From: the human T2T-CHM13v2.0 reference genome, Homo sapiens | Assembly: GCF_009914755.1 (NCBI RefSeq) | Contig: NC_060939.1 | Strand: one strand, 5' to 3' | Length of the DNA stretch: 64,000 nt | Part shown: positions 44,301 to 55,746 of the stretch, one piece after another | Numbering within the stretch: position 1 is the first letter of the stretch | Layout: each line of letters opens with the position of its first letter | Translations under genes and position numbers: made by a program | Notes under the pieces: model-generated | Databases searched by the model: none | Told to the model about the DNA's origin: nothing | The model's input: the letters and a program-made list of their open reading frames with translations, nothing else

Positions 44301-47300
44301 TCCACCTCAGGGTGCAAAGGGTTCCAAATATCCACTTACAAATTCTACAAAAAGAGAGATTCCAAACTGCTCAATCAAAAGGTAGGTTCAACTCTGTGAG
44401 TTCAATGCTCACATCACAAAGAAGTTTCTCAGAATGCTTCTGAGTAGTTTTTATGTGAAGATATTTGCTTTTCCACAATAGGCCTCAAAGGGCTCCAATT
44501 ATCCACTTGCAGATTCTACAAAAGAGTGTTTCAAAACTGCTCAATCAAAAGAAAAGTTCAACTCTGTGAGATGAATTCACACATCCCAAAGGATTTTCTC
44601 AGAATGCTTCTGTGTAGTCTTTAAGTGAAGATATTTGCTTTCACACAGTAGACCTCAAAGGCTCCAAATATAAACCTGCCGATTCTGCAAAAAGACAGAT
44701 TCAAAACTGCTCAATCAAAAGAAAGGTTCAACTCTGTGAGATGAATGCACACATCTCAAAGAAGTTTCTCATAATGCTTCTGTGTAGTTTTTATCTGAAG
44801 ATAGTTGCTTTTCCACGGTAGGCCTCAAAGCGCTCCAAATATCCACTTGCAGATTCTACAGAAAGAGAGAGTCTAAACTTCTCAATGAGAAGATAAGTTC
44901 AACTCTGTGAGTTGAATGCACACCTCACAAAGGAGTTTCTCAGAATGCTTCTGTGTAGTTTTTATTTGAAGTTATTTCCTTTTCCAAAATAGTCCTCAAA
45001 GCTCTCCAAATATCCACTTTCAGATTCTGCAAAAATAGAGATTCAAAACTGCTCAGTCAAAAGATAGTTCAGCGTTGGGAGTTGAATGCACACATCACAA
45101 AGAAGTTTCTCAGAATGCTTCTGTGTTGTTTTTATGTGAACATATTTGATTTTCCACAGTAGGCCTCACAGGGTTGCAAATATCCACTTGCAGATTCTAC
45201 AAAAAAAGAGATTCAAAACTGCTCAATCAAAATATAAGTTCAACTCTGTGAGTTTAATACACACATCACATAGAACTTTCTCAGAATTCTTCTGTGTGGT
45301 TTTTATTTGAAGATATGTCCTTTACCACCATAGGGCCCAAAAGGCTCCAAATAGCCACTTGCAGATTCTACAAATAGAGAGATTCTAAACTGCATAATCA
45401 AAAGATAGGTTCAACTCTGTGAGTTGAATGCACACATCACAAAGAAGTTTCTCAGAATGCTTCTGTGTTGTTTTTATGTGAACATATTTGATTTTCCACA
45501 GTAGGCCTCACAGGGCTGCAAATATCCACTTGCAGATTCTACAAAAAGAGTGTTTCAAAACTGCTCAATAAAATGAAATGTTCAACTCTGTGAGATGAAT
45601 GCACACATCACAAAGAAGTTTCTCTGAATGCTTCGGTGTAGTTTTTATGAGAAGATATTTCCTTTTCCACAATAGGCCTCTAGGGGCTCCAAATATCCCC
45701 TGCAGATCCTACAAAAAGAGTTTCAAAACTGCTCAATGAAAATAAAGGTTCAACTCTGTGAGATGAATGCACACATCACAGAGAAGTTTCTCAGAATGCT
45801 TCTGTGTAGTTTTTGTGTGAAGATATTTGCTTTTCCACGTTAGACCTGAAAGTACTCCAATTATCCACTTGCAGATACTGCAAAAAGAGAGATTCAAAAC
45901 TGCTCAATTAAAAGATAGGCTCAACTCTGTGAGTTGAATGCCCACATCACAAAGAAGTTTCTCAGAATGCTTTTTTGTAGTTTTCATGTGCACATATTTG
46001 ATTTTTTACAGTAGACCTCACAGCGCTCCAAATATCCACTTGCAGATTCTACAAAAAGAGAGATTCAAAACTGCTCAATCAAAAGACAGGTTCAACTCTG
46101 TGAGTTGAATGCACACATCACGAAGTAGTATCTGAGAATGCTTCTGTGTAGTTTTTATATGAAGATATTTCCTTTTTACCATAGGGCACAAAGGGCTCCA
46201 AATATCCACTTGCACATTCTACAAAAAGAGAGATTCTAAACTGGTCCATCAAAAGATAGGTTCATCTCTTTGAATTGAATGTACACATCACAAAGAAGTT
46301 TCTCAGATTGTTTCTGAGTAGTTTTTATGTGAAGATATTTCTTTTTCCACAATAGGCCTCAAAGGGCTCCAATTATGCACTTACAGATTCTACAAAAAGT
46401 GTATCAAAACTGCTGAATCAAAAGAAAGGTTCAACTCTCTGAGATGAATGCACACATCACAAAGAAGTTTCTCAGGATCCTTCTGTGTAGTTTTTATTTG
46501 AGGATGTTTCCTTTTCCACCTTAGGCTGCAAAGACTTCCAAATATCCACTTGCAGATTCTGCAAAAAGAGTGATTCAAAACTGCTCAATCAAAAGATAGG
46601 TTCAACTCTGTGAGTTGAATGCACGTATCCCAAAGTAGTTTCTCAGAATGTTTCTGTATAGTTTTTATGTGAAGATATTTCCTTTTCCACAGTAAGCCTC
46701 CAAGGATCCAAATATCTACCTGCAGATTCTGCAAAAAGAGTGATTCAAAACAGCTCAATCAAAGATAGGTTCAACTCTGTGAGTTGAATGCATACATCAC
46801 AAGGAAGTTTCTCTGAATGCTTCTGTGTAGTTTTTATGTGAAGATATTTGCTTTTCTACGGTCAGCCTCAAAGCGTTCCAATTTTCCACTTGCAGATTCT
46901 ACAAAAAGAGTGTTTCTAAACTGCTCAATCATAAGAAAGGTTCAACCCTGTGAGATGAATGCACACAGCACAACGAAGTTTCTCAGAATGTTTCTGTGTA
47001 ATTTTTATTTGAAGATATTTCCTTTTCCACCATAGGCCCCAAAGGGCTCCAAATATCCAATAGCAGAGTCTGCAAAAAGAGAGATTCAAACTGCTGAATC
47101 AAAAGATAGGTTCAACTCTGTGAGTTGGATACAAACATCCCAAAGAAGTTTCTCAGGGAGCTTCTGTGTAGTTTTTATGTGAAGTTATTTGCTTTTCCAC
47201 AGTAGGCCTCAAAGGGCTCCAAATATCCACCTGCAGATTCTGCAAGAAGAGAGATTCAAAACTGCTCAATCAAAAAATTGTTCAACTCTGTGAGATGAAT

Positions 47301-48178
47301 GCACACATCACAACGAAGTTTCTCAGAATGTTTCTGTGTAATTTTTATTTGAAGATATTTCCTTTTCCACCATAGGCCCCAAAGGGCTCCAAATATCCAA
47401 TTGCAGAGTCTGCAAAAAGAGAGATTCAAACTGCTGAATCAAAAGATAGGTTCAACTCTGTGAGTTGGATAAAAACATCCCAAAGAAGTTTCTCAGGGAT
47501 CTTCTGTGTAGTTTTTATGTGAAGTTATTTGCTTTTCCACAGTAGGCCTCAAAGGGCTCCAAATATCCACCTGCAGATTCTGCAAGAAGAGAGATTCAAA
47601 ACTGCTCAATCAAAAAATTGTTCAACTCTGTGAGATGAATGCACACATCACAAAGATGTTTCTCAGAATGCTTCTATGTAGTTTTTATGTGAAGATATTT
47701 CCTTTTCCACACTAGGCCTTAAAGGGCTGCAAATATCGACTTGCAGGTTCAACAAAAGAGTGTTTCAAAATGGCTCAATCAAACGAAAGTTTCACCTCTG
47801 GGAAATGAATGCACACATCACAAAATAGTTTCTCAGAATGCTTCTTTGTAGTTTTTATGTGAAGATATTTGCTTTGTCACAATAGGCCTCAAAGCGCTCC
47901 AAATATCCACTTGCAGATTCTACAAATAGAGTGTTTCAAAACTGCTCAATCAGAAGAATATGTCAACTCTGTGAGATGAAGACTCACATCACAAAGAAGT
48001 TCCTCATAATGCTTCTGTGTAGTTTTTATTTGAAGAAATTTCCTTTTCCACAATAGGCCTCAAATCACTCCAAATATACACTTTGAGATTCTACAAAAAC
48101 AGTGTTTTAAAACTGTTCAATCAAAAGAAATGTTCAACTCTGTGAAATGAATGCACACATGACAAGGAAGGTTCTCCG
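26346..48178 (-). repeat. Alpha satellite, divergent monomeric A-type array
   Basis: Continuous ~171-bp alphoid monomers in the same orientation as upstream, ending at ...gacaaggaaggttctccgg. Confidence 0.98.
46969..47648. repeat. Recent 340-bp (dimer) tandem duplication in alpha satellite
   Basis: 46969-47308 versus 47309-47648 differ at 3 positions by eye and share private variants (caacgaag, gagttggat, ctcaggga, caaaaaattg). Confidence 0.92.
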
Positions 48179-48181
48179 GAT

Positions 48182-48316
48182 GATGTCCGAATAGGAACAG
48201 CTCCAGTCTACAGCTCCCAGCGTGAGCGACGCAGAAGACGGGTGATTTCTGCATTTCCTTCTGAGGTTCTGTGTTCATCTCACTAGGGCATGCCAGACAG
48301 TGGGCCCAGGACAAGT
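48182..48316 (+). mobile_element. L1PA 5'UTR fragment (first ~135 nt only)
   Basis: gatgtccgaataggaacagctccagtctacagctcccagcgtgagcgacgcagaagacgggtgatttctgcatttcc matches the L1PA 5' end. It is homologous to 20255-20390 in this window. Confidence 0.93.
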
Positions 48317-48610
48317 CTCTGCACCCCGGAAAGTGTGATCATGTTGGCTGTTTGTTTCCCGACCTCTGTGGGGCCCCAGAAACTTCCAGGAATACATGGA
48401 AGACCTGCATCGTGTCGGTGCTCTCCTTTCCAGTTTTCAAACAGGCTATATTGGAGACTCCCCATTTTTCAGGAAACAGGAATTCTTCGTCAAGACCTGA
48501 TGCGTGGGACATTTCTTTTCTCTGTGGTTTTGCTCTCCTTGTCTACATGAAAATAAACGAGATCCACACACTTGGCGTGTGTGAGACTATTACGGCAACT
48601 GTGACGCCCA
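48315..48610 (+). repeat. Diverged D4Z4-homologous segment (non-coding part upstream of the DUX4 ORF)
   Basis: Colinear similarity to the remembered D4Z4 unit: ctgtttg, gctctcctt.ccag.tt.caaac.ggc.a.a.tg.agactcccca, tctac.tg.aaat.aacgaga.ccacac, gcgtgtg.gagac...cggcaac...gacgccca. No DUX homeobox is seen. Confidence 0.7.
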
Positions 48611-48699
48611 AGCGCTGGCTAAGAGTTGGCAGCCTGATCCCGGCACAAAGGTTCTGACGGACATCCAGACACACCCCACCACAGTCACTAGCAAACCCA

Positions 48700-48970
48700 C
48701 TCCCAAACACACAGACACACACGGGCGCACGCGCGGGAACACAAGCACACACACAGACACACAAAGACACAGACAGCTTGAAGAAGAACAAGGGACAGAG
48801 AGATGGAGAGATAGAAACGAAAGAAGAGTGAGAAACAGCGATCGAGAGAAAGACAGAGAAGAACCGGGGAGATTGAGAGAGAGAGCACGCAAGGTGGAGA
48901 GGGAAGTAGAGAAAGGGAGAGGGTGAGGGAGCTAGAGAGGGGGAGCAACAGAGCCTTGGAGAGGGAGGCT
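48700..48970 (+). repeat. CA-rich then GA-rich low-complexity sequence
   Basis: acacacagacacacacgggcgcacgcgcgggaacacaagcacac followed by purine-rich gagagatggagagatag...gggagagggtgaggga. Confidence 0.85.
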
Positions 48971-49299
48971 CTGCTCTGGTAGATAGGGGCCCCTTTGGCG
49001 AGGGTAGGGTCGAGGGTACCTGGGCCGGGCTGGAACGGGGGGCAGGGCTGCCCACGCGAGAAAACCAACGGAGCCCTGAGACATGTTTTTACTTGGATTG
49101 GTTGGTTGCTTTGGGTATGCGTTTCCTAGCGTCATTCCTTTGTTGGCTCCTCCCTATCCTCTTGGTGTTGTGGGCCCTGAAAGTTGTAGAGTGCTTCTGC
49201 CCTGTGGCGGAAGCAATGGCGCCGAGCCTGCTTACAGGACGTGGCTTGGGTCTGTCTTAGATTTGTCTTTGTGAGGCGATTTTCTAGATCCTCCCCTGC

Positions 49300-50390
49300 C
49301 TCTTTCTCTACATCTTCTTTAAAAGCAATAACTCTTAGATCTGTCTTTGTGAGGTTATTTTCTAGATCCTGTAGGCATGATTTGTTGTTTTTATTCTGTT
49401 TCTTTTGTCTCTTCTATGTATTTTTAAAGAGCCTGTCTTCTCTGCTTGATCCATTCTGCTATTACATGGCTCTCATGCATTCTTCAGCATGCCAATTGCA
49501 TTTTTCAGCTCCAGAATTTCTGCTTAATTTGCTGTAACTATTTCAATCTCTTTGTTGAGTTTAGCTGATAAAATTTGGAATTTCTATACTTTGTTACCTT
49601 AAATTTCTTTCAGTTTTTTTTTTTTTTTTTAATACAGCTATTTTGAATTCTCTGTCTGAAAGGTCACATATCTCTTTTTCTCCAGGATTTGTCCCTGGTA
49701 CCTTATTTAGTTCACTTGGTGAGGTCATGTTTTCCTGGATGGTGTTGATGCTAGTAGATGTTCTTCAGTGTCTGGACATTAAAATCTTGGGCATGTAGCA
49801 CCATATGAGAGGTTTAAAAAATAAAATTTAAAAAGAGTATAGGTGAGTATTTATTGTAGTCTTCACTGTCTGTGCTTATTTGTAGCTGTCTTTCTTGGGA
49901 AGGCTTTTCACATATTTGAAAAGAGTTGGGTGTTGTGATCTAAGCCATGTCTTCTTTATGGGGCACCTTATACCCAATAATGCAGTAATTCTTCCAGACT
50001 CAGAGAAGTACCACCTTGACAGCCTTCAACAAGATCCAGGAGAATTTTCTGGATTACTAGCCAGAGACTTTTTCCCTACCCTTATTTTCTCTCAAAGATA
50101 CAGAGTCTTTCTCTCTATTCTAAGCCACCTAAAGCTGGGAGAAGAAAGACACAAGCACCCCTGGCCACCACCACTATGACTGCCCTGGATCAGACCTGAA
50201 GCTAGCACAGCACAGGGTCTTGCTCAAGTTCTGCTGCATGCACTTTCTGACGACTGCCTATGTTCACTCAAGGCCTTGGTCTCTACAATTAGCAGGTGGC
50301 AAAGCCAGACAGGCCTGTGTTCTTTCCTTTAGGGCAGTGAGATCCCTCAGTCCCTGGCTGGGTCCAGAAGTGCCATTCAGAAGTCAGGGC
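49300..50390 (-). mobile_element. Old L1M (L1M1/L1M2-type) 5'/ORF1 fragment
   Basis: The reverse complement aligns with the plus-strand L1M at ~62400-63330 (for example gaaaggtcacatatctct...ccaggatttgtccctggt versus accagggacaaatcctgg...agagatatgtgacctttc). Confidence 0.8.
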
Positions 50391-52663
50391 TTTGGCCACT
50401 TTTTAATAGGGTTTTTTGTTTTTCTCTTGTAAATTTAAGTTCCTTATATTGAATATTAGATCTTTGTCAGATACATAGTTTGTAAATATTTTTTTCTCAT
50501 TCTATATGTTGTCTGTTCACTCTATTGATAATTTCTTTTGCTGAGTGGAAGCTTTTAAGTTTAATTAGATCCCACTTGTCAATAGCTGCATTTGTTGTTT
50601 TTGGTGTCTTTATCATGAAATCTTTGCCTGTTTCTACGTCCAGGATGGTATTGCCTAGGTTGCCTTCCAGGGCTTTTATAGTTTTGGGTTTTACATTTAA
50701 GTATTTAACCCATCTTGGGTTGATTTCTGCATATGGTATAAGGAAGAAGTCCAACTTCAATCTTCTGCATATGGCTAGCCAGTTATTCCAGCATCATTTA
50801 TTGAATAGGGAATCTTTTCCCCATTGCTTGTTTTTGCCAGCTTTGTCAAAGATTAGATACTTGTAGGTATGTGGTCTTATTTCTAACTTCTCTATTCTGT
50901 TCCATTGGTGTATATGTCTGTTTTTGTACTAGTACCATGCTGCTTTGGTTACTATAGTGCTATAGTATAGTTTGAAGTCGGGTAATGTGATGCCTCAAGC
51001 TTTGTTCTTTTTGCTTCGGATTGCCTTAGCTACTTAGATTCTTTCTTGGTTCTATGTGAATTTCTAAATAGCTTTTTTCTACTTCCATGAATCATGTCAT
51101 CGGTAGTTTAATAGGAATAGCTTTAGGCAGTACACCAGTTAAATTATATTAATTCTTTCTCTCCATTAACATGGAATGATTTTTCATTTGTTTATGTCTT
51201 CTCTGACTTCTTTGAGCAGTGTTTTGTAATTTTCGTTGTAGAGATTTTTCAACTCCCTGGTTAGCTGTATTCGTACATGTTTTATTCTTTTTGTGGAAAT
51301 TGTGAATAAAATTGCCTCTCTGATTTGGCTCTTAGTTTGACTCTTCTTGGTGTATAGGAATGCTAGCAAATTTTGTACATTGATTTTGTGTCCTGAAACT
51401 TTGTGGAAGTTGTTTATCAGCTTAAAGAGCTTTTGGGTCACAACTATAGGATTTAGATAGAGAATTATGTTGTCTGCAAACAGAGATAGTTGGACTTCCC
51501 TTTCTATTTAAATATGCTTCATTTCTTTCTCTTGTCTGATTGTTCCAGAAAGGACTTCTAATACTATGTTGAATAGGAGTAGTGAGAGAGGGCATCCTTG
51601 TCTTGTGTGGGTTTCAAGGAGAATGCGTCCAGATTTTGCCCATTTAGTATAATGTTGGCTGTGAGTTTGTCATAGGTGGCCTTTATTATTTTGAGGTATG
51701 TTCTTTCGATACTTCATTTATTGAGAATTTTTAACATGAAGCTTTGTTGAATTTTACTGAAAGCCTTTTCTGCATCTGTTGAGACAATCACGTGGTTCTT
51801 ATCTTTAGTTTTATTTATGTTACGTATCACATTTTATTGATTTGCCCATGATGGACCAAACTTTCATTCCAGGGAAGAAGCTTAGTTCACTATGGTGAAT
51901 TAGCCTTTTGATGTGTTGCTAAATTCAGTTTGCAAGTATTTTGTTGTAGCTTATTGAATGGATGTGCATCAAGGATACTGGCCTGAAGTTTTCTTTTTTT
52001 GTTGTGTCACTTCCAGGCTTTGGTATCAGGATGATTCTGGTCTTGTAGAACAAGTTGGGGAAGAGTCCCTCCTCCTGTATTTCTTGAAATAGTTTTAGTA
52101 GGACAAGTACTGGCTCTTCTTTGTACCTCTGTTAAAATTTGTTAATCTATCAGGTCCTGGGCTTTTGGGGGGGGGTTGGTAGGCTATTTATTATGGATTC
52201 AATTTTTGGAGCTCATAATTGGTCTGTTCAGAGACTAAATTTCTTCCTGGTTCAGTCTTGAGAGAGTGTATGTGTCCAAGAATTTATTCATCTCTTCTGG
52301 GGTTTCTACTTTGTGTGTGTAGAGGTGTTCATAGTAGTTGCTGGTTGTTATTTTTATTTCTCTGGGGTCAGTGGTAACATTCCCTTCATCATTTCTAATT
52401 TTGTTTATTTGAATCTTTTCTCTTTTCTTCTTTATTAGTCTAGCTAGTGCCCTATCTATCTTATTATTTTTTTCATAAAATCTTGATTAAGTGATCTTTT
52501 GAACAGTTTTTCTTGTCTCAATTTCTTTCAGTTCAGCTCTGATTGCAGTTATTTCTTGTCTTCTATAAGCTTTGTGGTTGAGTTCTTCTTGCTTCTCTAA
52601 TTCTTTCAGTTGTGATGTTAGGTTGTTAATTTGAGATCTTTCTAACTTTTTGATATGGGCATT
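50391..52663 (-). mobile_element. Older L1P (L1PA13-16/L1PB-range) ORF2 fragment
   Basis: Minus-strand translations [28 protein letters not shown]...[12 protein letters not shown] and [17 protein letters not shown]...NYKTLLKE are L1 ORF2p. Confidence 0.88.
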
Positions 52664-53594
52664 ACTTCTTATGCCCTACTCTAACTTTTCTCCTTCTCCT
52701 AGAATACTCAGAACTATGCTTTCTAAACCAATAGAAACTTTCTCACTGAATCAACCTAGTCCCCTTGAGGCAAAGTTAGCAATTTTCCATTACACATGGT
52801 TCTCTTTCTCTGTAAGAATATCTAATGCAACAATGCAAGTGTTTCTTTCCCTCCTGGTAATGCGGGGAACTCCTTTTGGCTGAGACCAAGACTTAAAACC
52901 TTGTTCTCTCAACGTTAATGAAGATCTATTTAGAAAGCCTCCATTTTTACAGAAAAGATATATAAACACCAATGAAAATAAATATAAAATTATATGACAT
53001 ACAATTATAGTGTGGAAAGACTTAATAAATAAGTGAACTAAGCTCTAAGAAAAAAAGATGATGATATAAAATGATATAGAAGTAAAACCCTTGGCTGATA
53101 TAGCATAATTAATGTATCAGTAAAGTATGTACATTGTAGAAGTGGCAGGAAGACAGCATAGAGAGTGAGACCTGACCAGAAGCTTTAAGTAAAGTTCTAT
53201 ACCCTTAAACGAGATTAAAGTGGACTCAGGAAAACATGGTCCACATGAGGAGAAGGACACATGTTCCAGACGAGCCAAATGTCAGAGCATCTCTACCTTC
53301 TCCAGGAGGAAAGGGGAGGCAAAGCAGCAGGCAGAAGACAGCATGGCCAGGTCGGCATAGGGCATGGAGGCCAAACCAGGTTGGCTCCATCGTACAGGTA
53401 GTGAGGAGCCACTGCCAGGTGGGCTTTATTCATTAGTTTGTTTTGTTTTCTTTAGTAACTAAGACACATAATCAAAGTTGACTTTTGTAAGTATTGCTGC
53501 AGCTGAACATAATAAGATGGATAAAACCAGTGTTTTAAAAATTATGTTGTATAGAGCACTAGCCCCAGAGAGATATTAGTGGAACACACAGGTG

Positions 53595-53631
53595 CACACA
53601 CACACACACACACACGCACACACACTCACAC
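53595..53631. repeat. (CA)n microsatellite, interrupted
   Basis: cacacacacacacacacacacgcacacacactcacac. Confidence 0.9.
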
Positions 53632-53774
53632 TGAGCCCAGATTATTCTGGCAAATGCTGGGTTAAGCAAACAAAAAGAAACATGTTTAGTGCTGGACTTC
53701 TCAGAACCTGGAATGTGGCTATATGACTCATAAAATAACAAGGTTAAGACAGAGAATGTCATTTTTTTTCCCAG

Positions 53775-54100
53775 AAATGTTGAAACACTTTCTTTCCCTT
53801 GGCTTCAGTGTCACCTTCTTTCTTTCTTTTTTTTTTTAATGATTTCTTTTTATTATACTTTTAAGTTTTAGGGTACATGTGCACATTGTGCAGGTTAGTT
53901 ACATATGTATACATGTGCCATGCTGGTGCGCTGCATCCACTAACTCGTCATCTAGCATTAGGTATATCTCCTGATGCTATCCCTCCCCCCTCCCCTCATC
54001 CCACAACAGTCCCCAGAGTGTGATATTCCCCTTCCTGTGTCACCTTCTTTCTCGTGGTTCTCCATCCACCTCTTTGGCTGCTCCTTCTTGATTTCCTTTT
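53775..54100 (+). mobile_element. L2 remnant interrupted by a young L1
   Basis: tgaaacactttctttcccttggcttcagtgtcacc...tggttctccatccacctctttggctgctccttctt resembles the L2 consensus. Confidence 0.6.
53824..54041 (-). mobile_element. 5'-truncated L1PA2/3 3' end
   Basis: Poly(T) followed by the reverse complement of the L1 3'UTR with the GAG diagnostic (actaactcgtcatctagc). A 16-bp direct repeat gtgtcaccttctttct lies at 53808-53823 and 54037-54052. Confidence 0.93.
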
Positions 54101-55225
54101 TGACAATCTGTTGCTGCTCAGCCATTCTCTTTTCATTCCACATGGATTTCTCAAGTGTGTTTCTATTCCTGCTGATTAAATTTTCCTCGCTTTTCCTGAC
54201 AACTCTCCTTGTCTGACCCTCCCCACTTCTAAGGCAGGTGTTCCATCTGTGTGCACTTTTGGCATCCTGGGATGCTTCCAGCATGTTCCCTGCCACACTC
54301 CATCAGGTATTCTCCACAGACTCTGCGAGGGCAGCAGCCTTGTCTCCACCATCCCTTCAATGCTCAGCATGTAACACAGAAGCTGACTCCATAACATTTA
54401 GTTGGCCAACTGAGACTAAATATGTGTTCCTCTAGATCTTAAAAAGTTACAGAAACATAGCACAATGGACAAAAAAATTCTCTTTAGTCAGGAGTTCTCC
54501 ATATATGTACAAGAGTTTGAAGTCATTATTAAACAACGTGAAACAGAAACTGTCACAGAATTCCCTAAATTATTTTGCTTTAATCTTCAATTCATCATGT
54601 GAGATAATCAAGACCATGTGTTATTCTAAATATTTCTAGCTTACGACACAATAACCTGATTTTTATTGTTTGAAATAACCATAATATAAATCAGTTAATT
54701 AAAAATGGCATAAATAATCCTTTCAAATAAAATTCTGCCAAATTTTACATTACTCATATGTTCAAATGATAATGAGCTCATAGGCTTTTCCAATACCTCA
54801 GTCAAAACATTGTACTGATTCCAGCTGTGGGAATAGTATCGGAAAGTTATTTTACAGATGGGGAAAAGGTACCTATGTGACATTGCCCTTGCACTACTGT
54901 GCCCTTTTGGGTCAGGAAAAAGCTGTTCCCTTAAAATCCTAAAATCTCTTCTGTCAGGTCTAAAGGGTGAATGGGAAACATAGTTTTTAAAATTTTAGCC
55001 ACAGATATTTTATTCCTTGCTTAAAGCAGTGACTAGATAAAAGCCACTAGAAGAGTCTCCAATGTTTCTTTAGAAGTGTGTGCCTGAGAACATCTTCCTG
55101 AAACACTCCCTTGTCTCTGCCCAAAATCACCTTAGGTAGGAAAGTTAAAACTCAGCAGGCTGAGGAGATCCAAGGGGATCACTGAGCTCTGAGGCTTATG
55201 AGAGAAGAGAGAGAGGTCTAAGACT

Positions 55226-55746
55226 TTTTGTGTATAAATTTATGGGTTCCAAGTGCAATTTTGCTGTAAGCATGGATGGCATAGTGGTGAAGTCAGGGCT
55301 TTTAGGTATCCATCACTGGAATAATGCACATTGTACCCATTAAGTAATTTCTCACTGTTCACCCCTTCCATCCCCTCACCCTGCTGAGTCTCCATTATCA
55401 TTCCACTCTCTACATCAATACCCTCACATCTTTTAGCACCCGCTTATGAGTGATAAAATACGATGTTTACTCTGTGTCTGGCTTGCTTCACTTACAACAA
55501 TGGCCTCCAGTTCCATCCATGTGTCTGCAAAAATTATGATTCTATTGTTTTTTACTCCTGAATAGTATTTCATTGTGTATATTTTCTATATTTTCTTTTT
55601 CCAATCATTTGTTGATGGACATTTAGGTTGATTTTATATCTGTGCTACTGTGAATAGTGTTGCAACAAATATAAAAGTACAGTTATATTTCTGATACATT
55701 GATTTTTTTCCTTTGCATAAATACTCAGCCGTGGGATTGCTGAATC
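55226..55746 (-). mobile_element. L1MA (L1MA1-3-like) 3' end
   Basis: aagtgcaattttg...catagtggtgaagtcagggcttttaggtatccatcac...ccagttccatccatgt...gggattgctgaatc is typical antisense L1MA 3' sequence. Confidence 0.8.

Noticed and set aside
48271-49537. Cluster of overlapping ORFs (up to 170 aa) suggesting a gene, e.g. DUX4-like
   Set aside because: They arise from GC-rich and CA/GA low-complexity sequence (Ser/Leu/Pro/Val/Cys-biased). There is no homeodomain or other recognisable domain.
53120-53500. Possible L2 remnant and 66-aa ORF
   Set aside because: Similarity is too weak to support by eye, and the ORF has no recognisable homology.
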